50,134 nucleotides of DNA from Octopus bimaculoides (lineage: Eukaryota): the NCBI RefSeq assembly GCF_001194135.2, contig NC_068984.1, positions 144,233,669-144,283,802 of the forward strand, in the 5' to 3' direction. A program made the position numbers and the translations under genes. The notes beneath the pieces were generated by a model. It saw only the letters and a list, made by a program, of their open reading frames with translations, made no database searches and was not told where the DNA came from. Shown here one piece after another: positions 20,425-32,945 of this stretch. Within the stretch, counting starts at the first letter, position 1. Every line of letters starts with the position of its first letter.

Positions 20425-22806
20425 CTAAAATATAAAAATATAGACATATTAAAAATTAGTATAGAAGTTCAAAATACACGTACAATTCCTATATATAAAC
20501 ATTAAAGCTTTGTCACTTCTATGTATGTATGTTTTATATGCAAGTTATTCAGCAACTTCACTAGTGCTGGCGGCAGGGAAAAAAGCCCCAGTACACCCTG
20601 TCAAGAGATTGCTGTTAGGAAGCGCATCCAGCTGCAGAAACCAACCTAAAGCTGCACTGGGGTGCAACATGAGCATTTTCTATCAAAGCCTTCAGTTGAC
20701 CAATGCCTTTATGAGTAGAATTTACTGCATGGAAACTGTGAAAGACTGGGGAGGGGAGGGGGGTTGCATGGGTATAACTACACTGTGGTATTTATGTGGA
20801 TAGAGAGGGTAAGTCTAGTTAAGTTAGCCTTCTGATTAAAATGAGTGTTAATTGCTAGTTCACTAGAGAACATCCAACCTACCCATACAAAACTGAAAAA
20901 ATAGACATGGTGATGAAGATGGTGATGATACATTACAAAATATGTTTTTTCTTTAAAAAACAATATTATTCTAAAATTAAAAAATTCCAAAATATGTTTT
21001 GCTGTTTGAAGAATGTAAGTTACCAAAACATAACCTATTTGGATTCACTGGAATTCTTCAAGAGATTTTTGGCAGATATTTTGAATATTGTAAAATGTTT
21101 CGAAACATGTATTACTCAGACAAGTTCATCTCAGGATTTATTTACCAATTCCTAGCATCCATTTCACTTAGTGATCTTTCTCTCTCTCTCTCTTATTCCC
21201 AATAAATGTTAATAAAAGCCCAACAAACCCATTGAAAAGGGCAAAAACTGCCAAAACCAGAAAGAACTAAAGCACCTGCCAATAAAACATAAGCAAGTTG
21301 GGTAAAGAGAATAAGATTTTATTTACAACATCATCAAAGCTTTGATGAGTGGATTTGATAGACAGAAACTGAAACAGACCCGTCACGCGTGTGTGTTCTC
21401 TCCACTGAGGATCTGGCTTGGTTGACAGCTCATGTTGGTCAACCATGTGCTACATAATCAGAGAGGATGAGAAGGTATCTTATGGAAATGGGAACTGACT
21501 GGGACTCTGCTCAATGGATCACCTGGGAAGATCCAGGAATACACTGAGAAATGATGAATGCAGCAATGTGCTGCAATGGCACATCTCACCTCACCTGAAC
21601 TATTTTCTGAGTTCAAATTCCAGTGAGATCAATTATTGAGGGGAGGGCCAATATAACCAACTGTTCTCAAACAAACTCCTGGCTTTGTACATATGAAAGA
21701 AATTATTATTGCATACATATATTCCTAGGACTGGACCTAACCTTATAACTAATCCGCTTACCTTAGTGATACAGCTGACCTGACCTTGCTACAGATGACC
21801 TATCCCTTCAACTAATTGCCAACAATGACACAGGTGACTTGACCATGTTATGAACCACTACTTGTCGCAGGTAACCACCTCAAAACTACTCAACTTACTA
21901 CAGGTAACAACCTCAAAACCACTCTCCTTGCCACACATGCAACACGCAGACACACTTTGCAGTTAAATGCCAAGAGAAATGCAAATAAATTAATTTGCAA
22001 ATGTGGAAATTTGCAGATCTATCTAACTGATACAAAGACAAGAAAATATCAAGAAGTAAAAAAAGCAGACAAGCATAACAACAAACTGGAGAAGGACAGG
22101 TTTTATTGCTGAACACAAGATTTATGGTGTAGAAAACTTTACAATGTAAACTCAACCCAATTTACCAGATAAAAAAAAAGAAAGAAAAATAAGTAAAAGT
22201 AATGAGTGCTATTCTTAAAAAAAGAAAAAGAAAAAAAACAATTGAACCTGCAAGTACTTAAAATACTGAGTTGAAAGAGAAAAGGAAACAAAAAAAATGT
22301 CACTCCCAAAGCAATCATGAAGAAAGCCAGCCAGCTGTAAAAACACCCACATACAAGAGTTTCTAAACTACTTTTATGCAATTAAATCACCTGTTCTCTT
22401 TTTCAAAAGAAAAAAAAAAAGTTTGTTTATTTTTTTTCTTTTAAATAACATGAGTATAACTTTGAGAGAAGCCTTCCTTAGCAGCACCAACATTCAGGTT
22501 TTTGGAAGTATGGGTATTGTTTTAACACTAGGGTAGAACATAAAATTACAACCGCCAAATGACCTTAACTATTCAGAACCCCACATACTCGGTCCCTTCT
22601 CACCTCCTCTCCCTCACCCATTCACTATTTCCCCTTCACTTGGCCTCCTCAAAACTGATATTCACTGCACTCAACTCGACCACTCACCCAGTCTCTACTC
22701 ATCTGTCACACTCCACATCTAGTGCACTTACCCACCCACCCATCTATCTTTCCTATTCCTGTCCTATATCTGTCGCTTGTATTCACTTTGTACCTTTGAC
22801 CTTACA

Positions 22807-22837
<31 letters not shown>

Positions 22838-22879
22838 CCAGATGGGTAAGCCATGTAGTCCCCCTCTTCAACAAGACAC

Positions 22880-23142
22880 CTGCTCCTATCCCTCACATCC
22901 CAATCAGTTGAGGTGGCTCGTCTTGCAAGTACTTGGTGACCTCACAATGAACGTGCCACAAAACAAAACAAGAAAATGCACCCAGTGACACTTTGTAAAG
23001 TGGTTGGCATTAGGAAGGGCATCCAGCTGTAGAAACCCTTCCCAAAACAGACAATAGGAGCTCAGCACAGCCTCAATGGTTCCTGCCAAACCATCCAACT
23101 CAAAGCAGCATAGAAAAAGGAACATTAAATGATGATGATGAT
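22880..23142 (+). mobile_element. Retroposon family A variant
   Basis: gtggttggcattaggaagggcatccagctgtagaaac...aacattaaatgatgatgatg. Confidence 0.75.
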
Positions 23143-24034
23143 GATGATGATATCTCAATTTGGATTAAGACAATGATGAGTCCCAGTAAGTTATTGTTAT
23201 ACCAGGACAACAACTCCTGGATCTAAACATTTTCATGGGGAGCAATGATGGCACTGAGGTGATTGGTCCTGTAATTTCATTCGTTGTTCATACCATTAGA
23301 ACTCCAAAATTCTTGTAGAACAAAGAAAGAGGCCATCAGCCACAGTGTTTAACAGGATTAAGGAGAACTGATTTAAACGAATTTACTGTTAACCATGCTT
23401 TTGGTTTCGGTCCTGTTACACAGCACCTTGGGCAAATGTCTTCCACCATAGCTTCAGGTTAACTGATGCTTTGGCAGTGAATTTGATAGACAGAAACTGT
23501 GTTGAAGCCTGTCATGTGTGTTTATGTGTTTGTCCCCTACCACTGATTGACAAAGGATATTGGTTTATTTACATCCCCTTTAATATAGGGGATTGATCGA
23601 ATAAATACTCGAGTTGAAAATTAAGTGCTAGGGTCGAGTGCTTCAACTAAAAAAACCTAATGACCAAAACAATTAAAATTGGAAAGAAAATATTTCATCT
23701 CTATTGATTTTTAATTATTTAAAAAATTTGAATATGTAATCTGCTTATTTAGATTAACATAAATACAAAAGGGAAGAAAACTTACAACAATGACTTAACT
23801 AAACGAATGTCCTTTTGTTGTCAATCAACAGACGTATGTATGTTACAGCCTAACTAAAGGCCAATCAAACAACACCATGGTTCAGCTACATAATCCACGT
23901 TTATCTTGCATAAATTAGCATAGCCAATTAACTGCACAATTGAGTACTTCTACACCATTGCTTCACAGAATTTCTCACTACATACAAAGCCTTCAAGTGA
24001 CAAAAAAATAAATAAATAAATAACTGCTACTCTT

Positions 24035-24478
24035 TCACTCTTATTTGTTTCAGTCGCTTGACTGCGGCCATGCTGGAGCACCACCTTTAGTTGAACAACA
24101 AATCAACCCCAGGACTTATTCTTTGTAAGCCCAGTACTTATTCTATCGGGCTCTTTTGCTGAACCGATAAGTTACAGGGACATAAACACACCAACATCGA
24201 TTGTCAAACGATGGTGGGGGGACAAACACAGACGCACAAACATGTATATATATATATATATATATANNNNNNNNNNNNNNNNNNNNNNNNNNNNNNNNNN
24301 NNNNNNNNNNNNNNNNNNNNNNNNNNNNNNNNNNNNNNNNNNNNNNNNNNNNNNNNNNNNNNNNNNNNNNNNNNNNNNNNNNNNNNNNNNNNNNNNNNNN
24401 NNNNNNNNNNNNNNNNNNNNNNNNNNNNNNNNNNNNNNNNNNNNNNNNNNNNNNNNNNNNNNNNNNNNNNNNNNNNNN

Positions 24479-24533
<55 letters not shown>

Positions 24534-24665
24534 ACGGGTTTCCTTCAGTTTCCATCTACCAAATCCACTCACAAGATTTTGGTCAGCCTGAGGCTATAGA
24601 AGACACTTGTCCAAGGTACCATGCAGTGGGACTGAACCCGGAATCGTGTGTTTGGGAAGCAAGCC
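24035..24665 (-). mobile_element. SINE family B copy with an expanded internal (TA)n that contains an assembly gap
   Basis: Family B 3' part before and head after the TA/N tract. Confidence 0.87.
24267..24478. other. Assembly gap (N run) in (TA)n
   Basis: Direct reading. Confidence 1.
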
Positions 24666-24824
24666 ACTGATTTTTTTTTAAAGTTGCAATTCTTTTAACA
24701 GCAGTGCCCCAGCATGGCCACAGCTCTTGAGCTAAAACTGATAAAGGGTAGTTTGTTGAGAAGAGATGAGTTAAGCTGTAGCTGAGAATCAACAACAAAT
24801 ATTTGTAGCAGAGAATAATTAGAG

Positions 24825-25046
24825 CAATGGTTCTCAACCATTTTTTGCCCCATGGACTCCTCTTGTTCTTATTTTACTCCATTGGATCCCCACAGTTTTT
24901 TTATGTATATTCTAAAAAATCCTACTGTATTTTATAATCAAATATTATTTGGAATTGTATGAAAAAAAATTTTAATATTTTGTGTGCTGTAGAATATAAA
25001 CAATTTATAGCACAAGGGTCATGTGGACCCCGGTAGAGAACCACCA
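24825..25046. mobile_element. hAT (Charlie-like) MITE
   Basis: caatggttctcaacc ... ggtagagaaccacca imperfect TIRs; 8-bp flanks aattagag/atctagaa with central TA. Confidence 0.6.
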
Positions 25047-25729
25047 ATCTAGAAGGGAGAATCAGATCCTGGAAGATTCCAGGGAACAAGGGATGTGACC
25101 AAGGAGAAATGTGGAGTGTTGAGGTATATTGTAGAATAGCACAGTAGCTACAAAAGTGGGCAGGCAGGCGCGCGCGCACACACACACACACACATACACA
25201 CACACACATTTATACCTGTTTAACAATCTTTCATCAAGGAAGAAGAGTGAGCATATCATAATCTGAAATGTGTTGGGGCCGGGGATGAGGTGGGGGAGGG
25301 GTGCTTGAGTAAACGAGGTCAGTCAAGTAGAGATTAATAATATCAATTACTGCAATAAACACAAGTGTAGAAAGAGAAGTGAAGAGAACTGGTGACTGTG
25401 TCACATGGCATGGAACCTAACATTAATTAAATCAATTAGGAGAGGCATCCAGGCCATATGCTTAAGTCCTTTTGCAACTACTAGCTTCTTGGTCCAATCT
25501 TACTACACAATATTTTGGGCAAGCGTCACCTTTCTTAATCAACAGAAACTGTATAGCAAATGGAGTGTTTTACAGAAATTCAAAGGGTTACCTTGTCTTG
25601 CACAGTGCCATAGAGATTCAATGTGAGGATTATATTAAGGTTATGAATAAAATTGGAATACTCAACCACTTACATCAGAATTCAATGAAAAGGTATTTGT
25701 GTCAATTGATTAGGAAATCATTATTGTCA

Positions 25730-26040
25730 TTTAACATCCATGTTCCATGCTGGCATCGGGAGAATGGTTTGACAGGTTCTGATCCATCAACGGATTGCAT
25801 TGTGCTCTAGTTCCTTCTTCAGCATGATTTCTACAGCTGGATGCCCTTCGTAACACCAACCATTTTACAGAATGCACAGGTAGCTTGTTTTTCTTATGTC
25901 ACCTGCAGCAGTGAGGTTGCCGTGCAGCTTGCAAGACTCGCACCCAACGTGAGGTGGAGGAGTTTACCAAGAGATGGGGGTTAAAGTATGAGTGGGAGGC
26001 AGCAGGTTGTTGCTGCAGAGGAGCAACTTGGCTACTCACA
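25730..26040 (-). mobile_element. Retroposon family A variant
   Basis: tcatttaacatccatgttccatgctggc...tttctacagctggatgccc. Confidence 0.65.
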
Positions 26041-28109
26041 TTTAGAAGCGAAGGTGAGAGCACTCAGTAGGAGTGGCAAAGAAATGATGAGGTGTCCAGG
26101 TGATTCCACAAGGTATGGGGGTGAGTAGAAGTGAGTGGTGTGAGAAAATACAGAAGGCCCCTAATCAGAAACACTCCACAATCTAACCAAATACTGTCTG
26201 TTCTTAATAATTCTTGATGCTTCAAATATTTCACAATCGTGGGAGGATAAAAGACTGAAAGCTTTGACCAGTTCAAAGGGTTTTTTTGTCTGTCTGATCA
26301 ACATTACTGCATAGAAACAATTATAATATTTGGCACTTGTTGCTACATTTTTCACTCCTGTTTTTTTAGATTTTTGCCAATAATTTTTTCTGCATATTGA
26401 TAATATATGTTCTGATAATATATGTTAAAAGGATATCAGGCATTAAAAGATGAAGCTGGCATACAATTATAATACCGACACAACTTCAGAAGAGATACAA
26501 TAGGTGAAAGTAAGCGGGGAATCTGTTTAACATTACCGTCTTAACAATGCAGCAATCTATTTAACTTTAAAGAATGATAAAATATATCATCATTTTATTT
26601 TAACCATATATGGTCAGACTCTAACAATGGGAATTGCATAAAGTATTATAACTTTGTATCTTGGTGGGGTCATTATGCCATTAGTAAATACTTACATTGG
26701 TTCCATTTCACTTCCTTAACTATCTTTATTAGTCAATGGTTAATCAATGAAACACTTTGCCCATCAATTGATTAATAATTCAGTGAGTCAATTAGTTAGC
26801 TAGGATTGTCAAAGTTTTTCTGTTGCTAAGAGGAGAGAGAGAGAGAGAGAGAGAGACAGATCCAAAACAGACCTGGAGTAGAGAGGGTATGTCACTGATA
26901 AGGTCAAAAATGGCAATAAAAGGACTTTGACAAAGTGAGCTGATTGCGTGGTCAACCAAGCAATTATTCAAACAATCAATTAGATAACTGGTTAAATAAT
27001 AAATTCATTAATAACATTGATTTCAAATTTTGGCACCAGGGAGGGGGGGGGATAAGTCAGTTACATTAATCCCATGGTTTAACTGGTACTTGTTTTATTG
27101 ACCTGGGAATTTGAACTCAGAATATAAAAACAGACAAAATGCCATTAAGCATTTTGCTTGGTGTGCTAATGATTCTTCCACCTCAATGCCTTAAACTGAC
27201 TAATAATATTAAAAGAAGTGAAACAGAACCAGTGTGTGGGTTTATTATTGGCATAATGATCCTCTTGAGATACAACAAAATCTATTTCAACCGCATGAGT
27301 TCACATCAAGAATCTTGCAAACAAAATAGCAGTTCAGCAAAAGAGACTGATACAATAAGTAACAGACTGAATTTTTAAAAAATTAAGTACTGGGATCGAT
27401 TCATTCAAAGGATAATTCTTCAAAGTGGTGCCCCAGCATGGCCACAGTCTAAGGACCAAAACGAGTAAAAGATTAAAGATTTTGTCCAGCATCATATCAA
27501 AAATGACCATATTCTTCTCCAAGAACAGATCAGAAAATGATGGAACATTCTAGGTGTTTTCTTTGCAGTAATATTTACTACTATTTCAGTAACAGAGTGT
27601 TTCGGAATAATAATTCCAATTTGACACACTTTTTTTTTTTTTTTTTTCACCTTTCATCAACAGCTGGTATCTACCTCCTCCGCATCCTCTGACAAGCATC
27701 TACTATAAAACATCCCACCCCAGAAATATTTACTGCTGTGTTTATAGTCTGTTTTATTATTATTATTATCATCATCATCATCATTATTATTATTAAATGC
27801 ACAACTACTATTACAACCAGGTAGTAGTAACAATGATGATGATGATAGCAGTAGTACCAACAAGTATCCTGGTGTAGACATGGCATTGTATCAGCAAGGC
27901 ACTTAACTGCTGCTGTCTGGTTGAGAAACCATTATCTCTATTAGACAAAGCAAGAAAGGAAGGAAGAAAGGAGAAAAAGAAAGAGGCACCAAAAATGAAT
28001 TTTTTTTTGAAAAAATTCATATATTCCATAAAGAACTGAATGGAAAGAAATGGATGTAGAATGATGTATATGAATGAAGATGTATATAATGACTTGGTGT
28101 TTAATATAA

Positions 28110-28445
28110 ACATGTGTGGCTGTGTGGTAAGAAGTTTGCTTCCCAACCACATGGTTCCGGGTTCAGTCCCACTGTGTGGGACCTCGGGCAAGTGTCTTCT
28201 AAAATAGCCTTGGGCCAACCAAAGCCTTGTCAATGGATTTGATAGATGGAAACTGAAAGAAACCCACCGTGCGTGCGTGCATGTATGTGTGATCACTGCT
28301 TGACAACTGGTGTTGGTGGGTTTACATCCCTGTAACTAAGCGGTTTGACAAAAGAGACTGATAGAATAAGTATCAGGCTTGGAAAAAGAAAAAAAAGGTG
28401 GTACCCCAGCATGGCCGCAATCTCATGACTTGAACAAGTAAAAGA
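28110..28445 (+). mobile_element. SINE family B copy
   Basis: gtggctgtgtggtaagaagtttgcttcccaaccacatggttccgggttcagtcccactg...gaacaagtaaaagac. Confidence 0.87.
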
Positions 28446-28891
28446 CAAAAGATACACATCAATACAACACTACACTAAATTTTACAGACCCCGCCCCCTA
28501 CACAAATTGTAATAAACCTTCGTAGTGTTCAATATATATACATATATCAATACGAAGGAAACAAGAAATCTAAATAGGTCCCTTGACGTCAAATTGAAAC
28601 AAGAAAGCTTATAGTTATTATTGATTGTGAACATGAACAAAGGGACGGCTAATAAAAATTAAACAGAAATTGGATTCGCTAAATATTCTATTGATTAAAT
28701 TCTAGCTATCCTATCTAACCTATATATACACGTTGAAGAGAATCAGAAAAGATTGGAAACATGTTTATATCACAACGCAAATACAAGGATATAGCGAATT
28801 CATTGGAAGTAGTATTGACAGAGAAACAAATTCAGTAACAAACAGAATTTGTCAACAGTCTTATCTACACCAACCAGTGTATGGCAGTAAT

Positions 28892-28937
<46 letters not shown>

Positions 28938-29869
28938 TGGCTTTTAGAATTCCTTCACCATATCAATCGTGATTAAAAAGGTCGGACAAATTTTGGAATG
29001 ATCATAAATTACTGCCTCCAAGGTCCTATCCGACCCAAGCTGCACACGGGCCTCTGGGCGTGTGTGTGTGCCCATGCATCATTTTAGTGTCCACTTTACC
29101 ATTTCCCTGTGGCTAACACCACTTTCCAAGCAAGGTAATATTCCCCTATGGCCAGACACACTTTCACAGAATATTGGAAATGAATAACATTCATTTACAA
29201 CGACCATGTGATGTCAAGACAAGCACACGTGCACACACACAGAGGCTTCTTTCAGTTTCCATTTCCCAAATCCATTCCCAAAGCTTTGGTCAGCTCAGAC
29301 CTACAGTAGAAAACACTTGCCCAAGATGTTACACAATGGAATTGGACCCAAAAGCATTTGGTTGGGAAGCAAGCTTCTTACCACACAAACCATCCCCCCA
29401 TATACACAAACACACACACACACACACACACGTTGGCTATTCCTTATTTTCAAGTCTGTTAGTTCTTCTTTTCTGTTATTCGTTGCACTGATATTTCTGA
29501 TGACTAAGCAGGCCTATCCGCACATGACCACCCATTTGATAGACAAGAATTGTATGTAGTCGGAAATGGTAATGTTTCTTCTTTTTTTTTTGTTTTGTTT
29601 TGTTTTGTGTGTATGCTTTTTTTATTTATTTATTTGTCCTCTTCATTTCTGCTACATTCTTGTGCAAACAGTTGTTCAGCACCAATTGAGATGGTTTGCT
29701 GCCAATTTGCAAGCTGCTGCAAGTTAATCTCAGGTTTTCAGGTGAATGTCAGAAAACCTTCAGCAGTCAATACCGTACCTCGTAACTAAACAAAGAAAAC
29801 AGCTGTATGGCCTGCTAGAAATAGCAACCAAATATCCTTCAAATCACACCCTTTTGTCTTAAAAAAAAA

Positions 29870-30345
29870 ACATCAGTTGTCAAGCAATGGTAAGGGGGGG
29901 GGGACAAATACACACACACACACACAAACATATACATATATATGACAGGCTACTTTCAGTTTCCGTCTACCAAATCCACTCACAAAGTTTTGGTCGACCT
30001 GAGGTTATTTTAGAAGACACTAGCCCAAGGTGGCACACAGTGTGACTGAACCCAGCAGGGCTGTGGAGTTGAAACAAAAAACTTCGATTCTGACTGACTC
30101 CTGTACTATTGGCACCCGACTCCGATTCCAACTGACTCCTATTTATGTAATTAAGTGATTGTGGTCTACATATCTCATAAAGCATATGCATACGCTTGTA
30201 CTTTGAGTAGGCCCCTAGGTTATAACTGGTTTATATCAAAGAATAAAGATATTGTGAGTCAGAGTCAGTAAAACTATATCGACTCTGACTCCAGAGTCCT
30301 GGAACCATATGGTTGGGAAGCAAGCTTCTTACCACACAGCCATGC
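29870..30345 (-). mobile_element. SINE family B copy interrupted by a MITE
   Basis: SINE sequence ...actgaacccag | gaaccatatggttgggaagc resumes after the insert. Confidence 0.8.
30056..30301. mobile_element. MITE with CAGGGCTGTGGAG termini and internal GACTCC/GGAGTC subrepeats
   Basis: cagggctgtggagttg ... gactctgactccagagtcctg; superfamily uncertain. Confidence 0.65.
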
Positions 30346-30352
30346 AAGCGCC

Positions 30353-30389
<37 letters not shown>

Positions 30390-30409
30390 AAAACCAACAT
30401 ATCGCAGGA

Positions 30410-30590
30410 GTGGCACAGGAGTGGCTGTGTGGTAAGTAGCTTGCTTAGCAACCACATGGTTCTGGGTTCATTCCCACTGCGTGGCCCCTTGGGCAAGTGT
30501 CTTCTACTATAGCCTCGGGCCGACCAAAGCCTTGTGAATGGATTTAGTAGACGGAAACTGAAAGAAGCCTGTCATATATATGTGTGTGTG

Positions 30591-30636
<46 letters not shown>

Positions 30637-30825
30637 TGTGCTTGTGTGTCTGTGTTTGTCCCCCCAACATTGCTTGACGTCCCCGTAACCTAGCGGTTCG
30701 GCAAAAGAGACCGATAGAATAAGTACTAGGCTTACAAGGAATAAGTCCTGGAGTCGATTTGCTCAACTAAAGGTGGTGCTCCAGCATGGCTGCAGTCAAA
30801 TGACTGAAACAAGTAAAAGAGTATA
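30410..30825 (+). mobile_element. Near full-length SINE family B copy
   Basis: ggcacaggagtggctgtgtggtaagtagc through aaatgactgaaacaagtaaaagag. Confidence 0.9.
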
Positions 30826-31614
30826 TCAGAAATGTAACTCTGAGGAGAGAATTTATCAGACCTGTCTATAAGAGAGACAAAACTGTTACACATGTAACAC
30901 AGACAACTTTTGAAATTTAAACAACGATATCTAATTATCATAATTTAACAACAACTGTATAAAAAACGAAGCAAAAAAAAGGAAAACTTACAAACCTAAC
31001 AAAGACGTGTTGTAATGTCCAGAAAATATGTGGCATCAAGCACATGCATTAATGTTAGTAGTAGCAGCACTCCCTTCAGACATTAATATTTTTGATGAAA
31101 TGATTGGAGACATGGAGAAAGTTACACATCATGAATCATTGTAGCATTAAAAATCTTATCTTAAGCCTACCCTGAGGTGAACAACTAAAATATAAATCTC
31201 CCACAATAATGTGATGCTGTCATTGTCAATGAAAGAGACCATGAGAATTATTGTAGTAGACAGGAAAAGATTTAAGTAGCCAACAGATTCTTAAAAACCA
31301 ATTATTAATAATATTATTTTTCTCTTCATAAATTGAAAATATACAAATAGAAGTAGATTTCAGACAAAAGATGTAAATTATGGAATAGATATACATTTAA
31401 ATATTTCAATTATTTTACATATATATATATATATATGTATTGCCGACATCCTCAGAAAAACCCTATCCATTTAAATGTCTGTGCTGTATTACATGAAGAT
31501 ATTTTGCTACTGCCCCTGCGACTTCCCCTTCTCAAGCTTTCAGTCATATTGTAAGCCTTCACTTGCCCTAGGAAGCTGGGTGTGTTTCGGCAAGTGATTG
31601 TAACAAACATAGGG

Positions 31615-31827
31615 CCGCTGACTGGCCCTCGTGCTGGTGGCACGTAAAAAGCACCCACTACACTCTCAGAGTGGTTGGCGTTAGGAAGGGCATCCAGCTG
31701 TAGAAACTTGGACAGATCAGATTGAGCCTGGTGCAGCCTTCTGGCTCGCCAGTCCTCAGTCAAATCGTCCAACCCATGCCAGCATGGAAAGCGGACGTTA
31801 AACAACAACGACGATGATGATGATGAT
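31615..31827 (+). mobile_element. Retroposon family A copy (5'-truncated, well preserved)
   Basis: One tandem unit plus intact 3' end and (GAT)n tail. Confidence 0.88.
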
Positions 31828-32629
31828 ATATATAGTATTTGAAATCCTCTTGCTGTGTAAATCAGTTAAATGGAAACTGACATGTGATGAGGATTAAGAG
31901 AGTAAGTCAATACTAAAGAAAAATAACAGACAACAGAGCGAAGCTCAGCAAGAGAAATTATTAACATGACAAAGTAGAGTCTCTACAATAAAAGCCCTCG
32001 CAAACTATTAAAATGTCATGGTAACACAACATCACCACTACAGCAGCTACTACTACATACTGTCGGAAGCTAGTTACGATGTAGGAAATGAAAAGTCCAG
32101 TTCAAGATGACATCAATATTATGAAAGAGAGAGAGAGCTTCTATGACATTGTTTCCACTGGCAAGAAATAGCAGGGAAATCACTTTCAAATGAGAGGGTC
32201 AAATCTGGAACACCTTTGACTTGAAATAATTCCTCAAATGATGCCACTGGAACTAACTCTTACAAGACTATTCTTTACCAAATATTTACCAATATATTCT
32301 TTACTGAATAAACCCAGAATAGTCACCATAAAAGAGACATCCAGATTGAGGAATGGCATTGATATAAACAACAGGTGACATGACAGAAGGCCACACCTTA
32401 TCACAGGAGATCTCCCTTACAACCACAACTAGCATAATTGATACATGTTGAACCAAATGCTAAAAGATCACCACCTTACAATCCAATCACCATTTCTACT
32501 GCAGATCAATGCTATGAAAACAGCTAACTTTTACTGGATCTATTCACTTAGCTACAATAAGTACCATGGACAAGTACAGTTGACCATTGTACAATTACTA
32601 AGTGCTTCAATAATTTACAGTATTGAGGG

Positions 32630-32945
32630 CTGAGGACTTGATCAGGATGCTGGGGTTGGAGGAATTGGTGGAACAGCCGGCAAGGGCGAATGGAAAGGGG
32701 TGGTACGGACATTTGTTAAGGAGGGATGAGGTTCATGTTCTGAGGAGAGTACTTGAATTTAGAGTGAATGAATCATGAAAGCAAGGTCGTCCATAGAAAA
32801 CGTGGAGGAGGAGATTGGGAAGGTCGGCTTGAGGAGGGGGGGATGCCCAAAACCAGGCAAGATGGTGTGAGAGTGGTTGTTGTAGGAGTGAGGTAGATCC
32901 AGCCACCCCCATTAACGGGGACAAACCCAGATTCAAAATATTGGA
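32630..32945 (+). mobile_element. RTE-clade LINE 3' end remnant
   Basis: Frameshifted MLGLEE-V-----G--WYGH-LRRDE-HVLRRVLEFRV...GRP..TW-like translation, ending gaggtagatccagccacccccattaacggggacaaacc. Confidence 0.75.

Noticed and set aside
22313-22342. Phase 2-0 mini-exon (WLAFFMIALG) that would link the 26696 candidate to exon 20424
   Set aside because: Weak donor (gga|gtgaca) and a hydrophobic sequence unlike any CAMSAP N-terminus I know
29600-29786. Minus-strand acceptor followed by LRGTVLTAEGFLTFT*KPEINLQQLANW..., where A-to-I editing of TGA could restore the frame
   Set aside because: No recognisable homology, the acceptor abuts SINE-derived sequence, and the editing rescue is unsupported speculation
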